IMG/VR virus record: IMGVR_UViG_3300045988_016718
Source of the DNA: a virus
Length of the DNA: 64,000 nucleotides
Reading direction: 5' to 3' (one strand)
The position numbers and the translations under genes were made by a program. Below, one piece after another: positions 22,499 through 33,400 of the stretch; position 1 is the stretch's first letter, and every line of letters starts with the position of its first letter. The notes beneath the pieces were generated by a model. That model ran no database searches. It was not told the origin of the DNA and worked only from the letters and a program-made list of their open reading frames with translations.

Positions 22499-22502
22499 GG
22501 TT

Positions 22503-22540
22503 AAAGGGGTGTAACTATTAAAGGTTATACCCCTTTCTTT
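22503..22540 (+). terminator. Intrinsic terminator
   Basis: Hairpin AAAGGGGTGTAAC-loop-GTTATACCCCTTT followed by CTTT. Confidence 0.7.
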
Positions 22541-22592
22541 ATGCAGTAAATAAGTAATTTATTTGAGGTATGCTAAGGATTTCATTTAGTAC

Positions 22593-22624
22593 CTTGTCCA
22601 CATGAGAACTTCTACTTACCTTTG
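22593..22624 (+). promoter_or_regulatory. Bacteroides-type promoter ahead of the head module
   Basis: CTTG at 22593-22596, a 20-nt spacer and TACCTTTG at 22617-22624. The extended match is CTACTTACCTTTGCAGC. Confidence 0.6.
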
Positions 22625-22654
22625 CAGCAGATAATAACTAGAGGAGAAGTAATT

Positions 22655-23809
22655 ATGGCAGAAGTATTAAGTGATGAGTTCATCTTATCTGAATCAGAAA
22701 TTGAAAATCTGTTCATAGATGATGCTCAAGAAGAAACAACACAGGAACCCTCACCTGTAAATAAAGAGGATGAAGAAGAAATTAAGACTACTGAGGAAGA
22801 AGATGTAAATCCTGATGATTTATTTACTGAACCAGAGAGCGTAGGTAGTGAAGAGAATAAAGAACATCAAGAAAAGGAAGATACCCCTGATGACAAGGAT
22901 GGTACTTCTCCCAATTCTAACTTCTACTCTTCCATTGCCAAAGCCTTGGCTGATGAGAGTATCTTCCCTGACCTTGATGATGAAACACTAGAAAGTATTA
23001 AGACTCCTGAAGACTTTGCTGAAGCTGTTGAGAAGCAGATACAGGCAAAGCTTGATGAGAGACAAAGAAGAATTGATGCAGTACTAAATGCTGATGTAGA
23101 ACCTGATGAAGTAAGAAGGTTTGAACAGACATTAAACTACCTTGATTCTATCCAAGAAGAAGCTCTTAAGGATGAATCTGATAAAGGTGAAACCTTAAGA
23201 AAGCAACTAATATTTCAAGACTTTATCAATAGAGGTTATAGCAAAGAAAGAGCCACAAGAGAAGTGAAGAAGTCTTTTGATGCTGGGACAGATATTGAGG
23301 ATGCTAAAGAAGCTTTGGAAAGCAACAAAGAGTTCTTCAATGAGAAGTATGATGACTTAGTAAAGGATGCACAAGAACAAGCAAAAGCTGAACAAGAAAG
23401 ACTAAAGAAAGAGGCTAATGAACTTAAGAAGTCTCTACTTGAGGACAAAGAAGTCTTTGCAGGTATTCAACTGGATAAAGCTACAAGGCAGAAGGCATAT
23501 GATGCAGTAACTAAACCCATTGCAAAAGATGAAGATGGTGAGTATCTTACAGCAGTCCAGAAGTATGAAAAAGACAATCCTGTTGAGTTCAGAAAGAAAC
23601 TTGGTGTATTATTCACTATGACTGATGGCTTTAAAGACATTGATAAATTGGTCAAAGGTAAAGTAAGAAAAGAAGTCAAGAGCAGTATGAGAGAGCTTGA
23701 ACACAAGCTCAGAAACACTACTAGACCCTCAGGTAATCCTAGATATGTTGGAGGCATTGAAGAAGACCCTGAGACCTATATAGGTGGTAAGTGGCTTGTA
23801 GATGCTTGA
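22655..23809 (+). CDS. Scaffold-like acidic coiled-coil protein
   Basis: From the ATG at 22655 the protein reads MAEVLSDEF. It is highly acidic and Lys/Glu-rich, and it lies immediately upstream of the capsid gene. The track start at 22622 is a TTG inside the promoter. Confidence 0.6.
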   Translation: MAEVLSDEFILSESEIENLFIDDAQEETTQEPSPVNKEDEEEIKTTEEEDVNPDDLFTEPESVGSEENKEHQEKEDTPDDKDGTSPNSNFYSSIAKALADESIFPDLDDETLESIKTPEDFAEAVEKQIQAKLDERQRRIDAVLNADVEPDEVRRFEQTLNYLDSIQEEALKDESDKGETLRKQLIFQDFINRGYSKERATREVKKSFDAGTDIEDAKEALESNKEFFNEKYDDLVKDAQEQAKAEQERLKKEANELKKSLLEDKEVFAGIQLDKATRQKAYDAVTKPIAKDEDGEYLTAVQKYEKDNPVEFRKKLGVLFTMTDGFKDIDKLVKGKVRKEVKSSMRELEHKLRNTTRPSGNPRYVGGIEEDPETYIGGKWLVDA

Positions 23810-23846
23810 CAAGAAACATATTTATAACTCAAATAATTAATTAATT

Positions 23847-25358
23847 ATGGCTGGTAAATTAGGTAAATTTCAAATGTTGGGTTTCCAACACTGGAAGGGT
23901 CTAACAAGTGATAACCACCTTGGCTCTATCTTCCAGTTGCAACCTCAAAGGGCTACTAACCTTATGGTGCAGCTGTTAGCATTTTATAGAGGAAAGACCC
24001 TAGATACATTCCTTAATCAGTTCCCTGTCAGAGAATTTGAAGATGACAGTGAATATTTCTGGGATGTTATTGGTAGCTCAAGAAGAAACATTCCTCTTGT
24101 AGAAGCTAGAGATGAGAATGGTAAAGTAGTTGAAGATGGTGATGGCAATGTAGGTGCTGGCACAGCTCCTTTCTACTTAGTATTCCCAGAAGACTGGTTT
24201 GCTGATGGTGAAGTTATCGTAGGTAACTTGAACCAAGTATATCCTGTTAGAATCCTAGGTGATGCAAGAATGGAAGGCACAAATGCAGTATATAAGGTAG
24301 AAACTATGGGTGGTCTAACCCAAGGTATTCCTTCTGAAAGACTGCTTGCAGGTGAAAGGTTCTCTGTAGAATATGCACCTGTAGAAAAGGAAATGTCAAG
24401 AAAGGTTGGTGATATTAGATTCTCTACTCCTGTTAGCATGAGAAATGAGTGGTCTACTATTAGAATCCAACACAAGGTAGCTGGTAACAAGTTAGGTAGA
24501 AAGGTTGCATTTGGTATCCCTATGGTTAGAGATGTCAATGGCAAGCAAGTTAAGGACACTGCAAACATGTGGATGCACTATGTTGAGTGGGAACTTGAAC
24601 AACAATTCTCTGAAGCTAAGAATAATGTAGAAGCATGGGGTACTTCCAACAGGAATGCTAATGGTGAATACATGAACTTTGGTAAGTCAGGTTATGCTAT
24701 CAAGACTGGTGCTGGTATCTTTGAACAGACAGAAGTAGCAAATACAATGTATTACAATGTATTCAGCTTGAAGCTTCTTGAAGATGCTCTATATGAACTG
24801 TCTGCTGCTAAGTTAGGCATGGGTGATAGACTGTTTGTAATCAAGACTGGTGAAAGAGGTGCTATCCTGTTCCACAAGGCTGTACTGCAAACTGTATCTG
24901 GTTGGACTACATTTGTACTTGATAACAACTCAACTGGTGTTGTTGAAAAGGTACAATCTAAGTTGCATAGCAATGCACTTAGTGCTGGTTTCCAATTTGT
25001 AGAATATAAGGCACCTAATGGTGTAAGGGTAAGACTTGATGTTGACCCATTCTATGATGACCCAGTAAGAAACAAGGTTATTCACCCAATGGGTGGTGTA
25101 GCAATGTCTTACAGATTTGACATCTGGTACATTGGTTCTATGGACCAAGCTAACATCTTCAAGTGTAGAATCAAGGGTGATACTGAACTTAGAGGTTATC
25201 AATGGGGTCTAAGGAATCCATTCACAGGACAAAGAGGTAATCCTCATATGTCATTTGATGAAGATTCTGCTGTTATCCACAGAATGGCTACTCTAGGTAC
25301 TTGTGTACTTGACCCAACAAGGACTATGGCACTTATTCCTGCAATCCTGCAAGGATAA
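23847..25358 (+). CDS. Major capsid protein (HK97-fold class, crAss/N4-like)
   Basis: The 503-aa ORF follows the scaffold-like gene and is followed by a strong terminator. Its size and position are as in crAss-like phages. The assignment rests on synteny, not on a motif. Confidence 0.75.
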   Translation: MAGKLGKFQMLGFQHWKGLTSDNHLGSIFQLQPQRATNLMVQLLAFYRGKTLDTFLNQFPVREFEDDSEYFWDVIGSSRRNIPLVEARDENGKVVEDGDGNVGAGTAPFYLVFPEDWFADGEVIVGNLNQVYPVRILGDARMEGTNAVYKVETMGGLTQGIPSERLLAGERFSVEYAPVEKEMSRKVGDIRFSTPVSMRNEWSTIRIQHKVAGNKLGRKVAFGIPMVRDVNGKQVKDTANMWMHYVEWELEQQFSEAKNNVEAWGTSNRNANGEYMNFGKSGYAIKTGAGIFEQTEVANTMYYNVFSLKLLEDALYELSAAKLGMGDRLFVIKTGERGAILFHKAVLQTVSGWTTFVLDNNSTGVVEKVQSKLHSNALSAGFQFVEYKAPNGVRVRLDVDPFYDDPVRNKVIHPMGGVAMSYRFDIWYIGSMDQANIFKCRIKGDTELRGYQWGLRNPFTGQRGNPHMSFDEDSAVIHRMATLGTCVLDPTRTMALIPAILQG

Positions 25359-25366
25359 ATCAAATA

Positions 25367-25400
25367 GGGGAGTGGGTAATCCCCATTCCCCTTTATTTTT
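25367..25400 (+). terminator. Intrinsic terminator after the capsid gene
   Basis: Hairpin GGGGAGTGGG-TAAT-CCCCATTCCCC followed by TTTATTTTT. Confidence 0.75.
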
Positions 25401-25424
25401 ATAATATTAAAAGGAGAAGATAAT

Positions 25425-26399
25425 ATGGGAGAGATTATTTTAGATGATAATGAAATCATGGGTGAAGCACCCATGCAGGCTTTAGAAGTTGAGCCAAAGA
25501 AATCATCAACAAGAAGAGCTAAACCACAGGTGGTTAAAGAGGAAAATGACCTCGTAAGCTGTTTAAGAAATGAAAGAATCATAGTAAGGTTTCATCCAAA
25601 GCAATCAGGTATAGTTACTGACCCTAAGCATATCCTATATGGTGGTATGGCAGAAGGTGCAGTTAGATGGTTTACAGTACCTAAATTGAGTTCAGGTCTG
25701 TATGTTAATGTACTTACTGATGCTGAAAAGGCTTACCTTGAAGAAGTTATGGGACTTGAGTACAATGCTCTAAGTATCTATAAGAAGGTAGACAACTATT
25801 GGGATAACCTACAGGTAAGATTAACTAAGGGAGACAACTTCCTTAACTTGGCTGACCCTGAAGACTATATCAAATATAAGGTTCTTCTTGCTAACAAGGA
25901 CTTCATTGCTCCTTCATTGCAAGTACTACAAGACTTCTACAAGGCAACTTATCAGTTTGTAATAGTACAAGAAGGTGAAGAAACTACTATAGCTAAGAAG
26001 GAAATGAGTGCTACTATGCAGTCTTATATGGAATTTGGTAAGGTACAAGATAATGCTGACATCCTAAGGGTTGTTATTGAAACATTAGAAGGTAGACCTG
26101 TAGCTAAATCATCTAAGATTGAGTTCTTACAGAACAAGGTTAATAAGCTTATTCAGGCTGAACCTAAGACATTCTTAAGGATTATAACTGACCAACTATT
26201 ACCTACTAAGGTACTGATTAAGAAAGCCATTGAGCATAACTTGATTAGCAACAGAGGTGGTATGTTATACCTAAGAGAAAATGGTACTCCTCTTTGTGGT
26301 GATAATGAAGAACCAACACTAAACATTGCTGCTAAGTACTTGAATCTGCCTAAGAATCAGACACTCAAGTTCAGCTTGGAAGCTAAAACAAAAGAATAA
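25425..26399 (+). CDS. Virion-module hypothetical protein
   Basis: 324-aa ORF with AAGGAG upstream. Confidence 0.75.
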   Translation: MGEIILDDNEIMGEAPMQALEVEPKKSSTRRAKPQVVKEENDLVSCLRNERIIVRFHPKQSGIVTDPKHILYGGMAEGAVRWFTVPKLSSGLYVNVLTDAEKAYLEEVMGLEYNALSIYKKVDNYWDNLQVRLTKGDNFLNLADPEDYIKYKVLLANKDFIAPSLQVLQDFYKATYQFVIVQEGEETTIAKKEMSATMQSYMEFGKVQDNADILRVVIETLEGRPVAKSSKIEFLQNKVNKLIQAEPKTFLRIITDQLLPTKVLIKKAIEHNLISNRGGMLYLRENGTPLCGDNEEPTLNIAAKYLNLPKNQTLKFSLEAKTKE

Positions 26400-26401
26400 C
26401 T

Positions 26402-27088
26402 ATGAATAATGCTGAGTTCTCAAAAGAGTTTGACATACTTTATAACAACATTATGAGTAATGCTGCTCCCGGTTTGGATGAATATGAGAAGTCAGTATTC
26501 CTCACTAATGCTCAAGAGGGGTTTGTCAAAGACCTCTACAATGGAACTGGTCCTACCTCATTTGAGAAGGATGAAGAAGCTAGAAGATTCCTAGGAGAAC
26601 TAATTGATACCTTTGAGACCAATGAGAAACTTATTGGTCACTTAGGTTTATCAAGGAACTCAATGTTCTTTCAGATACCAGAAGATGTATGGTTCATTAC
26701 ATATGAATCAGCTGTCTTAAAGGATGAAAGACTAGGATGTGCTAATGGCACAGAGGCTACAATAGTTCCTGTCTCACAAGATAATTTCTATAAGATACAG
26801 AGGAATCCCTTTAGAGGTGCTACACAAGGTAGAGCACTAAGGTTGGATAACTCTGACAACATAATAGAACTTGTATCAGATTATAACATTGACAAGTACC
26901 TTATAAGGTATGTAAAGAGACCAAGACCTATCATATTAGTTAACCTTAATGAGATAGATGAAGGTCTTACAATCAATGGATTAAGTGAGGCAAGTGAGTG
27001 TGAATTAAATCCTGTAACACATAGACCTATACTAGAAAGAGCAGTAATGCTAGCAAAGACAGCATGGTCAGGAGGAACAGGGCAATAA
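26402..27088 (+). CDS. Virion-module hypothetical protein
   Basis: 228-aa ORF, 2 nt after the previous stop. Confidence 0.75.
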   Translation: MNNAEFSKEFDILYNNIMSNAAPGLDEYEKSVFLTNAQEGFVKDLYNGTGPTSFEKDEEARRFLGELIDTFETNEKLIGHLGLSRNSMFFQIPEDVWFITYESAVLKDERLGCANGTEATIVPVSQDNFYKIQRNPFRGATQGRALRLDNSDNIIELVSDYNIDKYLIRYVKRPRPIILVNLNEIDEGLTINGLSEASECELNPVTHRPILERAVMLAKTAWSGGTGQ

Positions 27089-27119
27089 AAGAATATGTTT
27101 AATTAAACTTTAAATTAAA

Positions 27120-28136
27120 ATGGCTGTTTTTTCTATTAATCAAGTAAGACAACTTTATGTTGCAAAAGAACTAAAGACAGGTAATGCTTTGCTAGCTACT
27201 GATAAAGCTGGTTCTATTTTACCTAAGGCAGATACAGCTAAGACTACCCTGTACCTACAGTACATGAGTCCCGCAGGAATTGTATCAAGTGATAAAATTA
27301 ACATAGCTAATGTGATGTATGCAAAAGCAACTGATGCTTCTGCAATGGCTCACAAACTAGCTAGGTATGAATTAACTCTTGATGCTGATGTTTCTGCAAC
27401 TCCAGTAGCAGGTCAGGAATACATTCTTAGACTGGCATTCAGACATTACATTGGTCTGGGTGAAAATGACCAACAGTTCAAGTATGGTTTTGTAAAGGCT
27501 CAAGGCACTATGACTGCTTCTGACTTTTACAAGAAAATGGCACTATCTCTATTTGACAATGTTAAGAGAGATGTAACTCCTTTGGTCAACATTTATGTTG
27601 CCACAACATCAGCTGAAACTCTCATTACTGATGAGACTAAGGAAGCTGACCTGACAGGTACTTACACTAAGATTGTCATTGAAGAAGTAGAACAGGATTG
27701 GATTCTTGGTAGAATGCCTCAAGCATTTATGCCTTTTGCAGTTCAACCTACTACTATCATTGTAGATGGTGATGAGAGAATTTGGGGTAAAGTAGATAAG
27801 GCTACTCCTACTAAGAGTGTTCTGAATGGTCACAATATTGCTGACCTTGAGTACTTCTGTCATGGTTTCAGAGGTGATGAATACAGGGGTATGGGTTATC
27901 CTAACAACCTGATTACAGAGTACTTGGTAGACCCAACACTTGAGTACAATACAATTGATATTCACTATGCTTATGTAGGCTCAAATGAGTCAGTACAGAA
28001 GTCAGAAAAGGATATTACCATTGTAGTTCCTAAGGTTGGGGAAGATAATGCTACAGCAAATAAGCTGACTAATGACATTATTGCTGCTATCAATACAGCT
28101 TCAGGCTTAAGTATTGCTACTCTGCCTACTGTTTAA
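27120..28136 (+). CDS. Abundant-looking virion protein (auxiliary capsid / decoration candidate)
   Basis: 338-aa ORF followed by its own strong terminator. Confidence 0.75.
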   Translation: MAVFSINQVRQLYVAKELKTGNALLATDKAGSILPKADTAKTTLYLQYMSPAGIVSSDKINIANVMYAKATDASAMAHKLARYELTLDADVSATPVAGQEYILRLAFRHYIGLGENDQQFKYGFVKAQGTMTASDFYKKMALSLFDNVKRDVTPLVNIYVATTSAETLITDETKEADLTGTYTKIVIEEVEQDWILGRMPQAFMPFAVQPTTIIVDGDERIWGKVDKATPTKSVLNGHNIADLEYFCHGFRGDEYRGMGYPNNLITEYLVDPTLEYNTIDIHYAYVGSNESVQKSEKDITIVVPKVGEDNATANKLTNDIIAAINTASGLSIATLPTV

Positions 28137-28151
28137 GAGTAGGTCAAACAT

Positions 28152-28184
28152 AGGGAGAGTCTAAGGCTCTCCCTTATTTGTTTT
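28152..28184 (+). terminator. Intrinsic terminator
   Basis: Hairpin AGGGAGAG-TCTAAGG-CTCTCCCT followed by TATTTGTTTT. Confidence 0.75.
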
Positions 28185-28202
28185 ATATAATACATAAAAG
28201 CT

Positions 28203-28757
28203 ATGGTGGAATTTAATAAACTACTAGTAATCCCCTATAACAAAGGTATTTACCTTGATGTACAAGTAATGGACTTGCCATATTTCACTGATGTGTATCT
28301 GGATTCCATAACTATAGATACACAAGATACCTTTAAACCTGATGGCATTAGTAAAACCCCAGCATATACACTTAAGATAGAAGATAATGTAAAGTCTCTA
28401 CAAATGACCATTAAGGATAGTGACTTATTGGTTCCAACTGTAGAAGGTACAATGTTCTTTGTCTATGTAACTGTAAAAGGAACTCCTGCTGCTGATACTC
28501 CATGTGGGTTAGATGAACCTACTGTACTTGCAGTATGTGTGGACTCTTACAGAATATACAGAAAAGGTATAGAGTATATACAGGAAACTTACAACAACTG
28601 TGTGGTTCCTAAACACTTTATAGACTTCATACTAAGGTATAAGGCATTTGAGATGTGTTTAAAGACAAGGGACTTTCCACTAGCCATCACTTATTGGAAG
28701 GGGTTTTGGAGAACAATAACCAAGTCTGAATCATCTAAATGCACATGTTATGGATGA
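28203..28757 (+). CDS. Virion-module hypothetical protein
   Basis: 184-aa ORF with an ATGGATGA overlap into the next gene. Confidence 0.7.
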   Translation: MVEFNKLLVIPYNKGIYLDVQVMDLPYFTDVYLDSITIDTQDTFKPDGISKTPAYTLKIEDNVKSLQMTIKDSDLLVPTVEGTMFFVYVTVKGTPAADTPCGLDEPTVLAVCVDSYRIYRKGIEYIQETYNNCVVPKHFIDFILRYKAFEMCLKTRDFPLAITYWKGFWRTITKSESSKCTCYG

Positions 28758-29967
28758 AATACTATATGAAACTTTGAATAAGTACTACAAGGCATTGTCT
28801 GTAGTTGGGTACAAGAGAGACCCAGTAGTCAACAAGTTACTGGTTATGCAGTACATACAGGAGACACTAAGCAATGAGTACAGGTACTATTTAACTAAAA
28901 ATGATATAAAACTTATGCAAGATTTACTTTACCAATTCATTGGTTCTACTTGTGAAATATCTTTCCCTACTAATTGCAAGTGCTGCTGTGGTACAGGCTC
29001 ATTTGACCCTTCTATTACTGGGTTCAGTCTTGTACCAAGTACTACTAACTATGTAGGGTCACAGAGTGTCACATTCACTGGAGCCAGATTCAATATTAGT
29101 AAAGGTACTCATATAAAGGAAGACAGCTTAAAGATATATTGGGGAACAGAGGTATTAGCAGAGGGACTCAATGTAGACCTTAGTACTGTAATATTTAATA
29201 GTCCTATTGTCAAGGAGCTGGTTGAAGGTCAGACATATACTGCCAAAGCATCAGTTCTTGATGAAGAAGGTAATGAGTATTTCTCAAATACTATGACTAT
29301 AACTTGTACAGCAGCACCTATTACTAATCCTACTATAACTAACTTCAAGTTAGTTCCTTCAACTACTACATATACTGGAACACAAGATGTTACATTTACT
29401 GGAGCTACCTTTACAATTAATAAAGGTACTAAGTTTAAGGAAGATAGTCTTGAGATTATATGGGGTACAAATGAAGTAATGGGCACAGGATTAAGTACTG
29501 CTGGTTCATCAATAACCTTTAGTCCTTCTATCACAAAGAATCTTGTGGAAGGTAATACATATACAGCTAAAGCAAGTATACAGGATATTGATGGTAACAA
29601 GTACTATAGTAACACATTTACTATTACAGTAAAGACACCTGTTAACCCTACATATATGTACACAGGTAATCAAGCTGCTAAGCCTACTGTTGATGAAATC
29701 AAGGCAGGAACTAAGTATGATTACAACAGTGTGAAGCAATTCAACACTCCTGCTATGATGCTTAAGACTATTTGGGTATGTATACCTGCAACAGTTACTC
29801 TTGTAAGCATGGAGAATGTTAACTTTAGTGGTGACTATATATACAATATAGACACTGGTAGAGACTATATGAAGCATGAGGATGTAACTATAGATGGTGT
29901 AGCATATAAGCTTACTTATCTGACTACAATTGCTAGTCATAATCCTTATAAGACAATAGTAAGATAA
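28750..29967 (+). CDS. Structural protein with two tandem Ig-like repeats
   Basis: The 405-aa ORF has two aligned repeats of about 100 aa, at aa 87-186 and aa 194-294 (FxLVPSTTxYxGxQxVTFTGA.F.I.KGT..KEDSL.I.WGT...LVEG.TYTAKAS). Confidence 0.75.
   Translation: MDEILYETLNKYYKALSVVGYKRDPVVNKLLVMQYIQETLSNEYRYYLTKNDIKLMQDLLYQFIGSTCEISFPTNCKCCCGTGSFDPSITGFSLVPSTTNYVGSQSVTFTGARFNISKGTHIKEDSLKIYWGTEVLAEGLNVDLSTVIFNSPIVKELVEGQTYTAKASVLDEEGNEYFSNTMTITCTAAPITNPTITNFKLVPSTTTYTGTQDVTFTGATFTINKGTKFKEDSLEIIWGTNEVMGTGLSTAGSSITFSPSITKNLVEGNTYTAKASIQDIDGNKYYSNTFTITVKTPVNPTYMYTGNQAAKPTVDEIKAGTKYDYNSVKQFNTPAMMLKTIWVCIPATVTLVSMENVNFSGDYIYNIDTGRDYMKHEDVTIDGVAYKLTYLTTIASHNPYKTIVR
29008..29631 (+). repeat. Intragenic tandem duplication (2 x about 300 nt, Ig-like domain)
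   Basis: The repeat units lie at 29008-29307 and 29329-29631. This was seen at the protein level. Confidence 0.7.
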
Positions 29968-29986
29968 ACTTTAAAGATTTAGAATT

Positions 29987-30481
29987 ATGGAATTTAATGG
30001 AATAATGACACCTCTGGTAGCTATAGATTCAGCTACCAGTAAGCTAAAACCATCACTTGAAGCTACATATGGACCTTATGCCAGTATTGATGCAGCATAT
30101 GCTGCTATAGTTGAAGCATTTGAGTCTGGTGGTATACCAGTAGGTCTGACAGTAGGTATTCAAACAGGAAGTAACATTGTTGATTACTGGTTTAATGGTG
30201 GAACAGCTAAAGCTAATTTAGTGAAGAAATATCCTGAAGGTGGTTCAGGTGGGGGATATACCCTATTCACTACTCCTTCTGTTGCAGAAGATAGCACAAC
30301 TTATCTGAATACTAACTTTGCAGATGCTGTTAAAGGAGACCATGTAGTTGACACTACTACTGGTCATGTGTATATTAAGTACTCTGATACAGGTTGGACT
30401 AAACTTGTGGGTACTATTCTTGCTGCATCTCCTTCACCAAATGCAAGTATAGTGGCAGCAGCAATCATGTCATACAAATAA
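29987..30481 (+). CDS. Hypothetical virion protein
   Basis: 164-aa Ala/Gly-rich ORF. Confidence 0.7.
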   Translation: MEFNGIMTPLVAIDSATSKLKPSLEATYGPYASIDAAYAAIVEAFESGGIPVGLTVGIQTGSNIVDYWFNGGTAKANLVKKYPEGGSGGGYTLFTTPSVAEDSTTYLNTNFADAVKGDHVVDTTTGHVYIKYSDTGWTKLVGTILAASPSPNASIVAAAIMSYK

Positions 30482-30491
30482 AATTAAGATT

Positions 30492-33400
30492 ATGTCAGAA
30501 ACTATTGGAATTAGATATTGCATACCACAAGTTGTCTTTGATAAGAAACCTTCTGGTAATCAAACCTTTGCTTTATTTTACAGGAGAGGTGATAATCCAA
30601 GCAGGTCTTGGATTAAGAAGACAGACACATATGTGGTTGATAAATATGGAAAGAATACCAATAATGTTTACCTTGACAGCTTAGTAGAAGATACAGACTA
30701 TCAGTTCAGTCTAGCAGAGTTCCCTTATGAAGATGAACAGACAGCAGCTAAGAATGGTGCTATCTTTTCCTTTCATACAGCAATTAATATGACTGCTGGG
30801 GACAGTCCTTATGTGAATAAGATATTGATGCCGGGTCAAACTTTTGACTGGTATTATAGTGGTACTAAAGCCAATTCAATGCCTACAAGTAGTGCAACTG
30901 CTTGGTACTATCAAGCTACCAATAACAGGACTAATGAGGGAGAGAATTATTATTCACTTGAAGTAGGGGGAGAAGTAGCTTGGAAACAGGCTACTTCTGC
31001 TGACAATGAACTTGAAACATACTCAGGTTATTACTGTAATACTGGTAACTACATCAAGTTACCTAACACTTATATTAAGAATCCCGGTGGTTTCATTGCA
31101 GGTAGAATCTATGCTGATGATATTAGAGGTTTACTAACAGTATCTTTCTATCTTGAAGAGGGTCATAAGGATGCAGCAATTGTAACTTGTGAGGCTCTAT
31201 ATAACAACACAGGTAGTGAGCAAGCTCCTATCTATACACAGATACCTATTGAGCAAGCTAATGATGCAACAGCTGCAATATCATTCTCAATTTATGTTGG
31301 GGAAGATGGAGTACTTCACTCAAGAAAGGTTAGAAAAAGTAGTGTGGCTAATGGTGGTGAAATAACCTTGAATGAGGATACAGCATTACCTAATACTATG
31401 GTTGGTGGCATAACTAATTTATCAACTAACAAATGGTATACTGCCCAGATAAGTCATGGCTTAGGTACAGTACATATCTATACAGCTAAAGGTCCTGAAG
31501 AACTACAATCATCTTCTCAATATTACACTGAGGTCTACACTTGTGAAGGTCCGGGTCAACCTGCTGAATCAAGTATTGCTAATGCAGGAGACCCTGCTAC
31601 AGATGGACTTGGTATTGGGTTTGGTTATAATCCTGAAGTACTTCAATCAATATTTGATGTTATAGGAACTGAACAGTATGTAACCAAGGGTCTTATAGTT
31701 AACCATATTGGTATGTTATCTAATGAATCTATTACAGACTTCAACAAGATTTCAGCTGGTTATCTATATATTCCTTGCTTAGGTTTCTACCCTCAAGGTG
31801 GTACAATCAGTAAGGCTAATTGTCTGTACTTGCAGAACTCAAGTATGACTAACTTATTCAAGGATGATACTATTGGAGAAGATGGTCAAGTTGAATCTGT
31901 AGGTAAAGTATCTTTCATAATTGACCCTGCTATTGGTGGTACTGATAGTCCAAAACTTAATTCAGGTACTTATAAGATAGTACTACAGAGTTACTCACAA
32001 TATACTTCAAATACTTCATTCACTAACATGGATGGTATTGTGGTACAGACTCAAAAGGAACAAGTAACAAATACAGGATATGTCATTGACTTTGAACAAG
32101 ACTTTGATTCTGCTGTTACTGCCTTTAGGTCTAAATTCTATACCAAGCATGGTAACTGGGGTGGATATAATGGTGGTGTAAACTCTAACCTTGTGTATGC
32201 AAGTAGAGCTGAAAAGAGCTTGATACTTGAAGCACATGGTGACTATTATCCTGAAAGCGGTCAAGTATGGGGTGTAGGAAAAGAAGCATGGGTAACAGAA
32301 GCTGGTAAACAGTACACAGGTTATGGAGAAAACATGTACTACTATGCAGAGAATGATGCTAGGAAAGGTACTACTCCTTTCAAACAAAGAGTAGGTTGTA
32401 CACTTAGAACAGTTGATTACTTTGCTTATGGTAAGTACACAGTAAGAATGGCTATCCCTGAATTAAAGGCTGGTCAGGATAACTGGGGATTATGTCCTGC
32501 ATTATGGTTCTTCCATTATCAGGAGTTTGGTGAAGGTTCTACTGGTTATAACAAGTGGATGTCTTCTACTAATCCTGTAGGTAGAATCTATAACAAGGAA
32601 GGTGATGCAGAGAATGGATTCTATTGTGTTGTCAATAATGAAATTGACATGGAGTTACCTTCAAATGATACACAGGACTTCTTCCCTACTGCTGCTGTTG
32701 GTGGTACAAGATATACTCCTTGGGACTTTGTTAAGTGTGCATACTTTGACCCTATAACTACTAACCCTAAGGCTACAGTATCTACTGCTACTAATCCTCC
32801 ATATAGAATAGGTATTGTTGATGATAATACTCTTCCTTATGAAGATGTTGGTAGATTCATACTGAAAGACCCTGCTAAGCCTAATGACAGAGCAAGTTGG
32901 GAACAAGAAAGAGAAACTTTTGTTCAGACTAATTATCCTAACTTCTGTAATTGTAAGTTTAATAACTGGCAAGGTGAATACAGTTCAGGTAATGGATGGG
33001 AATCAAGACAGGATTATCTACCTGCAAAGGTTAATGGTGCTATGCCTGCTGATGCTGTAGCAACAGCTCAAGCAAACAACATGGACTACTATAAGAATGA
33101 TACTACTTATAAAGAGGAGTATGTAGCTTATAAGACAGCACTTGCTGATGAAAGAGTAGCACCTAAAGGTTATGCTGATGGTAGATTCCATGACTGGACT
33201 ATGGTATGGTATCCTAACCACACTGAATTATGGGTTGATGGAGTCAAGATAGAAGAGAACTGGGGATTTGTTCCTTTTAACTGTATGCACTTTGTAATAG
33301 GTATATGGTTTCCTACTCTTGGTGTCAAGAAGATTGATGGAGTATGGAAGGTTCTTGACTATGATAAAAAGACTCCTGTAAATAATGTAGCTACTCTTGA

